Source: Eledone cirrhosa | Taxonomy: Eukaryota | Direction of reading: 5' to 3' | NCBI GenBank assembly: GCA_964016885.1 | Contig: OZ024741.1 | Span: forward strand, 114,142,001 to 114,206,000 | DNA: 64,000 nt | Shown here: one piece after another, positions 1-17,100 of the stretch | How positions within the stretch are numbered: the first letter of the stretch is position 1 | How the letters are laid out: each line of letters starts with the position of its first letter | Notes under the pieces: model-generated | What the model was told of the DNA's origin: nothing | Database searches by the model: none | What the model saw: the letters and a program-made list of their open reading frames with translations, nothing else | Program-made: the position numbers and the translations under genes

Positions 1-3000
1 TATACCCAGAAACACACAGAAACTTCTACATATACCCAGAACCACACAGAAACTTCTACATATACCCAGAACCACACAGAAACTTCTATATATACCCAGA
101 ACCACACAGAAACTTCTACATATACCCAGAACCACACAGAAACTTCTACATACACCCAGAAACACACAGAGACTTCTACATACACCCAGAACCACACAGA
201 AACTTCTACATACACCAAGAAGCACACAGAAACTTCTACATACACACAGAACCACACAGAAACTTCTACATACACCCAGAACCACACACACTTCTACATA
301 CACCCAGAACCACTCACACTTCTACATACACCCAGAACCACACACACTTCTACATACACCCAGAACCACACAGAGACTTCTACATACAGCCAGAACCACA
401 GAGAAACCTCTACATATACACAGAACCACACAGAAACTTCTACATATACACAGAACCACACAGAAGCTTCTACATATACCCAGAACCACACAGAAACTTC
501 TACATACACCCAGGACCACACAGAAACTTCTACATATACCCAGAACCACACAGAGACTTCTACATATACCCAGAACCATACACACTTCTACATACACCCA
601 GAACCACACAGAAACTTCTACATATATCCAGAACCACACAGAAACTTCTATATACACCCAGGACCACACAGAAACTTCTATATACACCCAGGACCAAACA
701 GAAACTTCTACATATACCCAGGACCAAACAGAAACTTCTATATACACCCAGGACCAAACAGAAACTTCTATATATACCCAGGACCAAACAGAAACTTCTA
801 CATATATCCAGAACCACACAGAAACTTCTACATATACCCAGAACCACACAGAAACTTCTACATATACCCAGGATCACACAGAAACTTCTACATATACCCA
901 GAACCACACAGAAACTTCTAAAAACACCCAGAACCACACAGAAACTTCTACATACACCCAGAACTACACAGAAACTTCTACATATACCCAGAACCACAGA
1001 AACTTGTACATATACCCAGAACCACACAGATACTTCTACATATACCCAGAAACACACAGAAACTTCTACATACACCCAGGATCACACAGAAACTTCTACA
1101 TACACCCAGGATCACACACACTTCTACATATACCCAGAAACACACAGAAACTTCTACATATACCCAGAACCACACAGAAACTTCTACATATACCCAGAAC
1201 GACACAGAAACTTCTACATATACCCAGAACCACACAGAAACTTCTACATATACCCAGAACCACACAGAAACTTCTACATACACACAGAAACTTCTACATA
1301 CACCCAGAACCACACACACTTCTTCATACACCCAGAACCACACACACTTCTACATACACCCAGGACCACACACACTTCTACATATACCCAGAACCACACA
1401 GAGACTTCTACATATACCCAGAACCACACAGAAACTTCTACATATACCCAGAACCCGACAGAAACTTCTACATACACCCAGAACCACACAGAAACTTCTA
1501 CATATTCCCTGAACCACACAGAGACTTCTACATACACCCAGAACCACACACACTTCTACATACACCCAGAAGCACACAGAAACTTCTACATATACCCAGA
1601 ACCACAGAGAAACTTCTACATATACCCAGAACCACACAGAAACTTCTACATATACCCAGAACCACACAGAAACTTCTACATACACCCAGAATCACACAGA
1701 AACTTCTACATACACCCAGAACCAAACAGAAACTTCTACATATACCCAGAACCACACGGAAACTTCTACATACACCCAGAACCACACAGAAACTTCTACA
1801 TATACCCAGAACCACACAGAAACTTCTACATATACCCAGGATCACACAGAAACTTCTACATATACCCAGGATCACACACACACTTCTACATATACCCAGA
1901 TCCACACAGAGACTTCTACATATACCCAGAAGCACACACACTTCTACATATACCCAGAACCACACAGAAACTTCTACATACACCCAGGACCACACATAAT
2001 CTTCTATATACACCCAGGACCAAACAGAAACTTCTACATATACCCAGAACCATACAGAAACTTCTACATATACCCAGAACCACACAGAAACTTCTACATA
2101 TACCCAGGATCACACAGAAACTTCTACATATTCCCAGAACCACACAGAAACTTCTACATACACCCAGAACCACACAGAAACTTCTACATATACCCAGAAC
2201 TACACAGAAACTTCTACATATACCCAGGATCACACAGAAACTTCTACATATACCCAGGATCACACACACACTTCTACATATACCCAGATCCACACAGAGA
2301 CTTCTACATATACCCAGAAGCACACACACTTCTACATATACCCAGAACCACACAGAAACTTCTACATACACCCAGGACCACACATAATCTTCTATATACA
2401 CCCAGGACCACACAGAAACTTCTATATACACCCAGGACCAAACAGAAACTTCTACATATACCCAGAACCATACAGAAACTTCTACATATACCCAGAACCA
2501 CACAGAAACTTCTACATATACCCAGGATCACACAGAAACTTCTACATATACCCAGAACCACACAGAAACTTCTACATATACCCAGAACCACACAGAAAAT
2601 TCTACATACACCCACAACCACACAGAAACTTCTACATATACCCAGGACCAAACAGAAACATCTACATATACCCAGAACCACACAGAAACTTCTATATATA
2701 CCCAGAACCACACAGAAACTTCTACATATACCCAGAACCACACAGAAACTTCTACATATACCCAGAACCACACAGAAACTTCTACATACACCCAGAACCA
2801 CACAGAAACTTCTACATACACCCAGAACCACACAGAAACTTCTACATATACCCAGAACCACACAGAAACTTCTACATACACCCAGGACCATACACACTTC
2901 TACATACACCCAGAACCACACAGAAACTTGTACATATATCCAGAACCACACAGAGACTTCTACATATACCCAGAACCACACAGAAACTTCTACATATACC

Positions 3001-6000
3001 CGGGATGACACAGAAACTTCTACATATACCCAGGATCACACACACACTTCTACATATACCCAGATCCACACACACTTCTACATATACCCAGAACCACACA
3101 GAAACTTCTACATACACCCAGGACCATACACACTTTTACATACACCCAGGACCACACAGGAACTTCTATATACACCCAGCACCACACAGAAACTTCTACA
3201 TACACACAGAACCACACACACTTCCACATATACCCAGAACCACACAGAAACTTCTATATACACCCAGGACCACACAGAAACTTCTACATATACTCAGAAC
3301 CACACAGAAACTTCTACATACACCCAGAACCACACAGAAACTTCTACATATACCCAGAACCACACAGAAACTTCTACATATACTCAGAACCACACAGAAA
3401 CTTCTACATACACCCAGAACCACACAGAAACTTCTACATCCACCCAGAACCACACAGAAACTTCTACATACACTCAGAAATACACAGAAACTTCTACATA
3501 CACCCAGAACCACACACACTTCTACATACACCCAGGACCACACACACTTCTACATGTACCCAGAAACACACAGAAACTTGTACATACACCCAGGATCACA
3601 CAGAAACTTTTACATACACCCAGGATCACACACACTTCTACATATACCCAGAACCACACAGAAACTTCTACATACACCCAGGACCATACAGAAACTTCTA
3701 CATATACCCAGAATCATACAGAAACTTCTACATACACCCAGAACCACACAGCAACTTCTACATATACCCAGGACCGTACAGAAATTCTACATACACCCAG
3801 GACCACACAGAAACTTCTACATACACCCAGGACCACAGACACTTCTACATACACCCAGAACCACACAGAAACTTATAGATACACCCAGGACCACACAGAA
3901 ACTTCTACATACACCCAGGACCACACAGAAACTTTTACATATACCCAGGATCACACAGAAACTTCTACATACACCCAGAACCACACACACTTCTACATAC
4001 ACCCAGAACCACACAGAAACTTCTACATACACCCAGAACCACACACACTTCTACATACACCCAGAACCAAACAGAAACTTCTACATATACCCAGGACCAC
4101 ACACACATCTACATATACCCAGAACCACACAGCAACTTCTACATACACCCAGAACCACACACACTTCTACATACACCCAAAACCACACACACTTCTACAT
4201 ATACCCAGAACCACACAGAAACTTCTACATATACCCAGAATGACACGCACCTCTACATACACCCAGAACCACACAGAAACTTCTACATATACCCAGAACC
4301 ACACACACTTCTACATACACCCAGAACCACACAGAAACTTCTACATACACCCAGAACCACACAGAAACTTCTACATACACCCAGAACCACACAGCAACTT
4401 CTACATATATCCAGGACCACAGACACTTCTATATACACCCAGGACCACACACACTTCTACATATACCCAGGACCACACAGAAACTTCTACATACACCCAC
4501 AACCACACAGAAACTTCTACATATACGCAGGACCAAACAGAAACATCTACATAAACCCAGAACCACACAGAAACTTCTACATATACCCAGAACCACACAG
4601 AGACTTCTACATATACCCAGAACCACACAGAAACTTCTACATATACCCGGGATGACACAGAAACTTCTACATATACCCATGATCACACACACACTTCTAC
4701 ATATACCCAGAACCACACAGCAACTTCTACATATATCCAGGACCACAGACACTTCTATATACACCCAGGACCACACACACTTCTACATATACCCAGGACC
4801 ACACAGAAACTTCTACATACACCCACAACCACACAGAAACTTCTACATATACCCAGAACCACACAGAAACTTCTACATACACCCAGAACCACACAGAAAC
4901 TTCTACATACACCCAGAACCACACAGAAACTTCTACATATACCCAGAACCACACAGAAACTTCTACATACACCCAGGACCATACACACTTCTACATACAC
5001 CCAGAACCACACAGAAACTTCTACATATATCCAGAACCACACAGAGACTTCTACATATACCCAGAACCACACAGAAACTTCTACATATACCCAGGATGAC
5101 ACAGAAACTTCTACATATACCCATGATCACACACACAGTTCTACATATACCCAGAACCACACACACTTCTACATATACCCAGAACCACACAGAAACTTCT
5201 ATATACACCCAGGACCACACAGAAACTTCTACATACACCCAGAACCACACACACTTCCACATATACCCAGAACCACACAGAAACTTCTATATACACCCAG
5301 GACCACACAGAAACTTCTACATATACTCAGAACCACACAGAAACTTCTACATACACCCAGAACCACACAGAAACTTCTACATACACCCAGAACCACACAC
5401 ACTTCTACATACACCCAGAACCACTCACACTTCTACATACACCCAGAACCACACACACTTCTACATACACCCAGAACCACACAGAAACCTCTACATATAC
5501 ACAGAACCACACAGAAACTTCTACATATACCCAGAACCACACAGAAACTTCTACATATACCCAGAACCACACAGAAACTTCTACATACACCCAGGACCAC
5601 ACAGAAACTTCTACATATACCCAGAACCACACAGAAACTTCTACATATATCCAGAACCACACAGAGACTTCTACATACACCCAGAACCACACAGAAACTT
5701 CTACATATACCCAGAACCACACAGAAACTTCTACATACACCCATGACCATACACACTTCTACATACACCCAGAACCACTCAGAAACTTCTACATATATCC
5801 AGAACCATACAGAGACTTCTACATACACCCAGAACCACACAGAAACTTCTACATATACCCAGAACCACACAGAAACTTCTACATATACCCGGGATGACAC
5901 AGAAACTTCTACATATACCCAGGATCACACACACACTTCTACATATACCCAGATCCACACACACTTCTACATATACCCAGAACCACACAGAAACTTCTAC

Positions 6001-9000
6001 ATACACCCAGTACCACACAGAAACTTCTATATACACCCAGGACCACACAGAAACTTCTACATACACCCAGAACCACACACACTTCCACATATACCCAGAA
6101 CCACACAGAAACTTCTATATACACCCAGGACCACACAGAAACTTCTATATATACCCAGAACTACACAGAAACTTCTACATATACCCAGGACCAAACAGAA
6201 ACTTCTACATATACCCAGAACCACACAGAAACTTCTACATATAGCCAGAACAACACAGAAACTTCTACATATACCCAGAACCACACAGAAACTTCTGCAT
6301 ATACCCAGGATCACACAGAAACTTCTACATATACCCAGAACCACACAGAAACTTCTACATACACCCAGAACCACACAGAAACTTCTACATATACCCAGAA
6401 CCACACAGAAACTTCTACACATACCTAGAACCACACAGAAACTTCTACATACACCCAGAACCACACACACTTCTACATACACCCAGGACCACACACACTT
6501 CTACATGTACCCAGAAACACACAGAAACTTGTACATACACCCAGGATCACACAGAAACTTTTACATACACCCAGGATCACACACACTTCTACATATACCC
6601 AGAACCACACAGAAACTTCTACATACACCCAGGACCATACAGAAACTTCTACATATACCCAGAACCACACAGAAACTTTTATATACACCCAGAACCACAC
6701 AGAAACTTCTACATATACCCAGGACCGTACAGAAATTCTACATACACCCAGGACCACACAGAAACTTCTACATACACCCAGGACCACAGACACTTCTACA
6801 TACACCCAGAACCACACAGAAACTTATAGATACACCCAGGACCACACAGAAACTTCTACATATACCCAGGATCACACAGAATCTTCTACATACACCCAGA
6901 ACCACACACACTTCTACATACACCCAGAACCACACAGAAACTTCTACATACACCCAGAACCACACACACTTCTACATACACCCAGAACCACACAGAAACT
7001 TCTACATATACCCAGGACCACACACACATCTACATATACCCAGAACCACACAGCAACTTCTACATACACCCAGAACCACACACACTTCTACATATACCCA
7101 GAACCACACAGAAACTTCTACATACACCCAGGACCACACAGAAACTTCTATATACACCCAGGACCACACAGAAACTTCTACATACACCCAGAACCACACA
7201 CACTTCCACATATACCCAGAACCACACAGAAACTTCTATATACACCCAGGACCACACAGAAACTTCTATATATACCCAGAACTACACAGAAACTTCTACA
7301 TATACCCAGGACCAAACAGAAACTTCTACATATACCCAGAACCACACAGAAACTTCTACATATAGCCAGAACAACACAGAAACTTCTACATATACCCAGA
7401 ACCACACAGAAACTTCTGCATATACCCAGGATCACACAGAAACTTCTACATATACCCAGAACCACACAGAAACTTCTACATACACCCAGAACCACACAGA
7501 AACTTCTACATATACCCAGAACCACACAGAAACTTCTACACATACCCAGAACGACACAGAAACTTCTACATATACCCAGAACCACACAGAAACTTCTACA
7601 TGTACCCAGAAACACACAGAAACTTCTACATACACCCAGGATCACACAGAAACTTTTACATACACCCAGGATCACACACACTTCTACATATACGCAGAAC
7701 CACACAGAAACTTCTAATATATACCCAGAACCACACAGAAACTTCTACATATACTCAGAACCACACAGAAACTTCTACATACACCCAGAACCACACAGAA
7801 ACTTCTACATCCACCCAGAACCACACAGAAACTTCTACATACACCCAGAAATACACAGAAACTTCTACATACACCCAGAACCACACACACTTCTACATAC
7901 ACCCAGGACCACACACACTTCTACATGTACCCAGAAACACACAGAAACTTGTACATACACCCAGGATCACACAGAAACTTTTACATACACCCAGGATCAC
8001 ACACACTTCTACATATACCCAGAACCACACAGAAACTTCTACATACACCCAGGACCATACAGAAACTTCTACATATACCCAGAACCACACAGAAACTTTT
8101 ATATACACCCAGAACCACACAGCAACTTCTACATATACCCAGGACCGTACAGAAATTCTACATACACCCAGGACCACACAGAAACTTCTACATACACCCA
8201 GGACCACAGACACTTCTACATACACCCAGAACCACACAGAAACTTATAGATACACCCAGGACCACACAGAAACTTCTACATACACCCAGGACCACACAGA
8301 AACTTCTACATATACCCAGGATCACACAGAATCTTCTACATACACCCAGAACCACACACACTTCTACATACACCCAGAACCACACAGAAACTTCTACATA
8401 CACCCAGAACCACACACACTTCTACATACACCCAGAACCACACAGAAACTTCTACATATACCCAGGACCACACACACATCTACATATACCCAGAACCACA
8501 CAGCAACTTCTACATACACCCAAAACCACACACACTTCTACATATACCCAGAACCACACAGAAACTTCTACATATACCCAGAATCACACGCACCTCTACA
8601 TACACCCAGAACCACACAGAAACTTCTACATATACCCAGAACCACACACACTTCTACATACACCCAGAACCACACAGAAACTTCTACATACACCCAGAAC
8701 CACACAGAAACTTCTACATACACCCTGAACCACACAGCAACTTCTACATATATCCAGGACCACAGACACTTCTATATACACCCACAACCACACAGAAACT
8801 TCTACATATACCCAGAACCACACAGAAACTTCTACATATACCCAGAACCACACAGAAACTTCTACATACACCCAGAACCACACAGAAACGTCTGCATACA
8901 CCCAGAACCACACAGAAACTTCTACATGCACCCAGAACCACACACACTTCTACATACACCCAGAACCACACAGAAACTTCTACATATACCCAGGACCACA

Positions 9001-12000
9001 CACACTTCTACATATACCCAGAACCACACACACTTCTACATATACCCAGAACCACACAGCAACTTCTACATACACCCAGAACCACACACACTTCTACATA
9101 CACCCAGAACCACACACACTTCTACATATACCCAGAACCACACAGCAACTTCTACATATACTCAGAACCACACACACTTCTACATACACCCAGAACCACA
9201 CAGAAACTTCTACATATACCCAGAACCACACACACTTCTACATACACCCAGAACCACACAAAAACTTCTACATACACCCAGAACCACACAGAAACTTCTA
9301 CATATACCCAGAACCACACACACACTTCTACATATACCCAGAACCACACAGAAACTTCTACATACACCCAGGACCACACACACTTCTACATACACCCAGG
9401 ACCACACAGAAACTTCTACATACACCCAGAACCACACACACTTCTACATATACCCAGAACCACACAGAAACTTCTACATATACCCAGAACCACACAGAAA
9501 CTTCTACATACACCCAGAAACACACAGAAACTTCTACATACACCCAGAACCACACACACTTCTTCATACACCCAGAACCACACACACTTCTACATACACC
9601 CAGGACCACACACACTTCTACATATACCCAGAACCACACAGAGACTTCTACATATACCCAGAACCACACAGAAACTTCTACATATACCCAGAACCACACA
9701 GAAACTTCTACATACACCCAGAACCACACAGAAACTTCTACATATTCCCAGAACCACACAGAGACTTCTACATACACCCAGAACCACACACACTTCTACA
9801 TACACCCAGAAGCACACAGAAACTTCTACATATACCCAGAACCACACACACTTCTACATACACCCAGAACCACACAGAAACTTCTACATACACCCAGAAC
9901 CACACAGAAACTTCTACATATACCCAGAACCACACACACACTTCTACATACACCCAGAACCACACAGAAACTTCTACATATACCCAGGACCACACAGAGA
10001 CTTCTACATATACCCAGAACCACACAGAAACTTCTACATACACCCAGGACCACACACACTTCTACATACACCCAGGACCACACAGAAACTTCTACATACA
10101 CCCAGAACCACACACACTTCTACATATACCCAGAACCACACAGAAACTTCTACATACACCCAGAACCACACACACACTTCTACATACACCCAGAACCACA
10201 CAGAAACTTTTACATACACCCAGAACCACACACATACTTCTACATACACCCAGAACCACACAGAAACTTCTACATATACCCAGAACCACACAGAAACTTC
10301 TACATACACCCAGGAACATACAGAAACTTCTACATACACCCAGGACCATACAGAAACTTCTACATATACCCAGAACTACACAGAAACTTCTACATACACC
10401 CAGGACCATACAGAAACTTCTACATACACCCATGACCATACAGAAACTTCTACATATACCCAGAACCACACAGCAACTTCTACATACACCCAGAACCACA
10501 CAGAAACTTCTACATATACCCAGAACCAAACAGAAACTTCTACATATACCCAGGACCATACAGAAACTTCTACATACACCCAGGACCATACAGAAACTTC
10601 TACATACACCCAGGACCATCCAGAAACTTCTAGATATACCCAGAACCACACAGAAACCTCTACATACACCCAGAACCACACAGCAACTTCTACATATATC
10701 CAGGACCACAGACACTTCTATATACACCCACAACCACACAGAAACTTCTACATATACCCAGAACCACACAGAAACTTCTACATATACCCAGAACCACACA
10801 GAAACTTCTACATACACCCAGAACCACACAGAAACTTCTACATACACCCAGAACCACACAGAAACTTCTGCATACACCCAGAACCACACAGAAACTTCTA
10901 CATGCACCCAGAACCACACACACTTCTACATACACCCAGAACCACACAGAAACTTCTACATATACCCAGGACCACACACACTTCTACATATACCCAGAAC
11001 CACACAGCAACTTCTACATACACCCAGAACCACACACACTTCTACATACACCCAGAACCACACACACTTCTACATATACCCAGAACCACACAGCAACTTC
11101 TACATATACTCAGAACCACACACACTTCTACATACACCCAAAACCACACAGAAACTTCTACATATACCCAGAACCACACACACTTCTACATACACCCAGA
11201 ACCACACAGAAACTTCTACATACACCCAGAACCACACAGAAACTTCTACATATACCCAGAACCACACACACACTTCTACATATACCCAGAACCACACAGA
11301 AACTTCTACATACACCCAGGACCACACACACTTCTACATACACCCAGGACCACACAGAAACTTCTACATACACCCAGAACCACACACACTTCTACATATA
11401 CCCAGAACCACACAGAAACTTCTACATATACCCAGAACCACACAGAAACTTCTACATACACCCAGAAACACACAGAAACTTCTACATACACCCAGAACCA
11501 CACACACTTCTTCATACACCCAGAACCACACACACTTCTACATACACCCAGGACCACACACACTTCTACATATACCCAGAACCACACAGAGACTTCTACA
11601 TATACCCAGAACCACACAGAAACTTCTACATATACCCAGAACCACACAGAAACTTCTACATACACCCAGAACCACACAGAAACTTCTACATATTCCCAGA
11701 ACCACACAGAGACTTCTACATACACCCAGAACCACACACACTTCTACATACACCCAGAAGCACACGGAAACTTCTACATATACCCAGAACCACACACACT
11801 TCTACATACACCCAGAACCACACAGAAACTTCTACATACACCCAGAACCACACAGAAACTTCTACATATACCCAGAACCACACACACACTTCTACATACA
11901 CCCAGAACCACACAGAAACTTCTACATATACCCAGGACCACACAGAGACTTCTACATATACCCAGAACCACACAGAAACTTCTACATACACCCAGGACCA

Positions 12001-13348
12001 CACACACTTCTACATACACCCAGGACCACACAGAAACTTCTACATACACCCAGAACCACACACACTTCTACATATACCCAGAACCACACAGAAACTTCTA
12101 CATACACCCAGAACCACACACACACTTCTACATACACCCAGAACCACACAGAAACTTCTACATACACTCAGAACCACACACATACTTCTACATACACCCA
12201 GAACCACACAGAAACTTCTACATATACCCAGAACCACACAGAAACTTCTACATACACCCAGGAACATACAGAAACTTCTACATACACCCAGGACCATACA
12301 GAAACTTCTACATATACCCAGAACCACACAGAAACTTCTACATACACCCAGGACCATACAGAAACTTCTACATACACCCATGACCATACAGAAACTTCTA
12401 CATATACCCAGAACCACACAGCAACTTCTACATACACCCAGAACCACACAGAAACTTCTACATATACCCAGAACCACACAGAAACTTCTACATATACCCA
12501 GGACCATACAGAAACTTCTACATACACCCAGGACTATACAGAAACTTCTACATACACCCAGGACCATCCAGAAACTTCTACATATACCCAGAACCACACA
12601 GAAACCTCTACATACACCCAGAACCACACAGAGACTTCTACATTCACCCAGGACCACACACACTTCTACATATACCCAAAACCACACAGAAACTTCTACA
12701 TACACCCACAACCACACAGAAACTTATACATACACCCAGGACCACACAGAAACTTATACATACACCCAGAACCACACAGAAACTTCTACATACACCCAGA
12801 ACCACACAGAAACTTATACATACACCCAGAACCACACAGAAACTTCTACATACACCCAGGACCACACACACTTCTACATATACCCAGAACCACACAGAAA
12901 CTTATACATACACCCAGAACCACACAGAAACTTCTACATATACCCAAAACCACACAGAAACTTCTACATACATCCAGAACCACACAGAAACTTCTACATA
13001 CACCCAGGACCACACAGAAACTTATACATACACCCAGAACCACATAGAAACTTCTACATATACCCAAAACCACACAGAAACTTCTACATACACCCAGAAC
13101 CACACAGAAACTTCTACATACACCCAGGACCACACAGAAACTTCTACATACACCCAGAACCACACAGAAACTTCTACATATACCCAAAACCACACAGAAA
13201 CTTCTACATACACCCAGAACCACACAGAAACTTCTACATACACCCAGGACCACACAGAAACTTATACATACACCCAGAACCACACAGAAACTTCTACATA
13301 CACCCAGAACCACACAGAAACTTCTACATACACCCAGAACCACACAGC
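1..13348. repeat. 30-bp tandem satellite (consensus ACCCAGAACCACACAGAAACTTCTACATAY) with interspersed 28-bp variant units; runs off the left edge
   Basis: Hundreds of near-identical units read directly. 28-bp units (…CCACACACACTTCT…) shift the frame, giving mosaic repetitive ORFs. Confidence 0.98.
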
Positions 13349-13559
13349 AACACCTACTTACAAATCAAAGTTATTAGGTGTAAGTTGTTGGGCGCCAAAC
13401 AACAATAATGTTAAGTCTATTGCCAGGATTTAATAGCAATTATTTTGTTTTACCCCTACAGCAATATATACGAGGTGGTTTGTTAAACCTTCTTAGAAGA
13501 AATGGGTCTCTGTTGATTACGATGATGTGTATTCCAACTATTTGATCAATGGAGCATCC

Positions 13560-13960
13560 TGTTCAAGAATGTTGAAGAATTTAATAAATTTTTTCCTTAT
13601 TAAGTTAATATTGAAAACATAGTTGGTAGAAAATTTCTTTCATAAAACTATGTTGAAAGGTTTTGATGTAAATATGAACACTAGAAAATGATAGGGTAGA
13701 GCCTTATTCACAGAGACTAGGGGGCCGTTAATTTTTTTTTATGTAGTGGGGGTGAAAGATTGAAGTATCTGAGTGGCCCAAAATACTAGCCTTAAGTTCA
13801 TAGGGATCAACACTACAGTTTATATCATAATAGCATGGATTGTCAGTTTAAGTGGGTTAATATCAAAAGGATTAACATTTCCAATCATAATAACAACTTT
13901 TTATTAATTGTCTTTCATTTGCCCATTTATAGATAATGGTCAGCTGTTTTTATAGAGCTT
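13560..13960 (-). mobile_element. Highly decayed non-LTR retrotransposon fragment (possibly I/Nimb-like RT C-terminal region)
   Basis: Minus-strand translation near 13700-13810 weakly resembles the LRLALGAFRTSP..L..EA..PPL motif; many stops. Confidence 0.3.
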
Positions 13961-14013
13961 CTTTCAGAAATTTAAATTCTATTACCTCCCTTTTGCTTAC
14001 CAAACTTTGACCC

Positions 14014-14120
14014 ATGGCCAAAATGTCTGTAAATGATCCACCAACAGATATATATTCAGATGACAACTTCTTTGAGAGTGACATGGAAGAAAACCAATCA
14101 CAGGAATCAGATAATTCTGA
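14014..14120 (+). CDS. TTC23: TTC23-like gene, probable first coding exon (MAKMSVNDPPTDIYSDDNFFESDMEENQSQESDNS)
   Basis: cccATGG start with in-frame TGA at 14008. Strong donor GA|GTAAGT at 14121. Phase 2 matches the next exon. Acidic N-terminus has no recognisable homology. Confidence 0.6.
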
Positions 14121-17100
14121 GTAAGTAAAATTCTTGCTACATCATAGGTGCATACATGTGCAGGTAAGGAGTTTGCTTTGAAACCATGTGGTTTTGGAGT
14201 TTGGTCCCACGGCATGGCACCCTAAAGTCTTGTGATAGAAATTTGGTTAATAGAAACTTTGTATACATACTTATGTATGTACGTACATAGTACATACATA
14301 GATACATGCATGCATGTACATACACACATACACTCTCTTCTCTTTTACTTGTAACTTCTGGTGAAGTTGTAGGGGAGCCGCGGTGACATCCAGCGTTTCT
14401 TGGACACTTTTAAAACCTGACGGAGACTATCACCTCTCCAGGCCTGAACACAGCTTACAGCTTATTTCTTCTATATTATATATATAATATTTAAACAAAC
14501 ATTGTGTACAAAGTTAGAACTTTTAAACTTTTGATGTGCTGAGAGATTATAAAGTTCATAGAAAATGTAGTATTCTCAGATGCTGCAAATACAGTTGGTT
14601 GCTATAAATAGTTTATATATATATGGTTAAAATCTGCCTTGACCCGTATTTCTGTAATTATTCAAACATGATTTTCTTTTAGAGCACTTCAAGTTTACTT
14701 ACGCTACTTCATATTTAAGTACACCGATCGTCTCCATATGCCATTTTCCTGGCACCTCGACAGCTTGTAAATATATGTAACTGTTATCCATTGCTGTCCA
14801 GTATTCAGCATGCAAAATGCATGCAGTAGACAGGACAAAAACAAACAGCAATTTCTTCATATATAATTTTTGAAATATTTAAACAAAGACAAGAAGAAAA
14901 AAAGTAAATTATATTTTCAATTGTGCAATATTTAATAATTAAAATATAAGATTTTTTAAAAATCACACATCATATTATTTTTCTGGTAAGGTTCAATAAT
15001 TTAAGGTGATGAATTATATTCGTAATTCTTTTGGGAAAAAACTATAAATAAAGCAAAACAAAAACAATCAAAAATTATATTTGTTAATTTAAAATTTAAT
15101 CTCCTTTATATAAATTGAAATGATTTCAAGTTAAATGAGACGACAAATTATTTGACAGATTTTTATATTCTATTTTCTAACAGTTCATAAATAAATAAAT
15201 ATTATTAAGCGACAACAATGACTAATCAATACTTCTAATTAAATTTTATAGAAACAGCTATTAGCTATGGATGAAAGAATTATTGGAATGACATTTAATT
15301 ATTTGAGAGGTGTTTACTTTTAAGTAATGTTAAATTGTAAGTTTGAATCCTGCTGGAATTGGCATTGCTGCTTTTCATACTTCCAGGGGTTCAATAAAAT
15401 AAAATACAAATCAAGTACTGTGTGTGTTTGAAATCATTTTTACTCTTTTTAAATATAGTCCTCTAACCTTTTCTTTCATTACTGCATGCTGTTCTGCTCA
15501 GTGGACACAGAGAGGGGCAGGGTAGCTCTCCGTTTGTAAAAATATTTTGTGGGGTGCAAATTTGAAATATAAAATTAAATATCTGGACCAAAAGTCCAGA
15601 TATTACAGAGTCTCATTTCTTGAGTCACACTTATAACAAAAAATTATATCAAAACAAGCATTTTAAACATGTGGAAATCTTTGAACTTACAAGAGCAAAC
15701 CTATCCTAGATGAACTCTTTTGCTGCTGCTTCATTGCTACTACTACTACTACTACTACTACCACTATTAGTCCAGGATTAGTATACAATATATACCCAGA
15801 TTACTGGATATATAAACAATCATACAAACTGGGAAATTGTGTTTTGATAAAATTATGGTATATGTTGATTACGGACTCGTGGAAATTATTAAAAATAAAA
15901 ATATTATTTTAATAATATACTTCTAGGATATAATTACATAAATGTTCAACATATAGCTACAGATTACATACAGAATTAAGTGTATAAGTAACTTTGACGA
16001 AATAACTTTTTACAGGGACAAATGTAGGGTTTGAACCTAAGATCTTGTGATTGGAAAGCAAACTTTTTATTGTAGCAACATGACTAATATAGGAAATGAA
16101 TTGCAAGTGTGTGTGTTTCTTTGAATAAATTTTAAAGAGATGGAAATATATATACAAACACATGTGGTGTATTATTATGGTTGATACTTTCAGTGTCACA
16201 CTTACTTTTGTCACACAAAAAAATTACACAATATAAGAATTTTGCACACACTGACAAATTTTCATTTTCATCCATAGTGCATGAAGACCACATTAACCAA
16301 TATGTCCTTTTCATAAATGATAGTGTGTGAAATGTGGTAAATGTGGATGCTATTTCAAGCAGGTTGAGTAACCACATGCAGGCTCTATTATTAGTCTGTT
16401 AGTGGTTGTAAGGTTAGTGTTGGTTGTGGGACTGAAATATTGTGTTAGTGATAGTAGTGAAACTAAGTATAGAGTTACAGATGGTGATATATAAATATAC
16501 AAACATGTAGTATTTTATTATGGTCGATTAAGAGTTGTTGATGACAAAATTAAAAGAGTATTGAATACAATACCTTGCAGAATTTATCTACATCTGGTTT
16601 TAAATAGATGCATAGTATCCTTGCTTGTCATAACAATTGACTAAAAGGATTGACACCATGAAGGGTATCTGGTCATAAACATTGTTATGTTTCAGACACC
16701 TGCTTAATAATGTTAGTCAGTTATTTTACTAAATCCATTTAAATTTTGGATTATTTTCAAAATTAATCAAAAATCATGGACAGTGTCCTTCATTAGAAAT
16801 ATGGTAACAAAAGGGTTAAATAGCAATAGTTAACTCCTTCAATACAAAATTGCCTGAAACCGTACCTGGTTCTATGATAAAACTTTTAACCCTTTAATGT
16901 ATGCTTTGACGCATAGAAATACGGCCCTTGCCATTCTGAGTTCAAATCCCGCCGAGGTTAACTTTGCCTTTCATCCTTACGGGGTCGATAAAATAAAGTA
17001 CCAGCAATGCACTGGATAATTGCTGGCCTTGTGCCAAAAGTAGAAACAATTATAATTTTATGTAAGAAGCTTTGTTAAGCAGTGTTCTAAACACCAGCAT

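Noticed and set aside
7600-13047. 1815-aa ORF and the other repetitive ORFs in the satellite
   Set aside because: The consensus 30-mer lacks stops in five of six frames. The ORF drifts among all three peptide registers at 28-bp units, so no frame is being preserved.
1-13348. CRISPR-like array
   Set aside because: Units are contiguous with no unique spacers; eukaryotic context; no cas genes.
14350-14459. Short TG…CA-bounded segment as a solo LTR
   Set aside because: No target-site duplication visible and too short to support.
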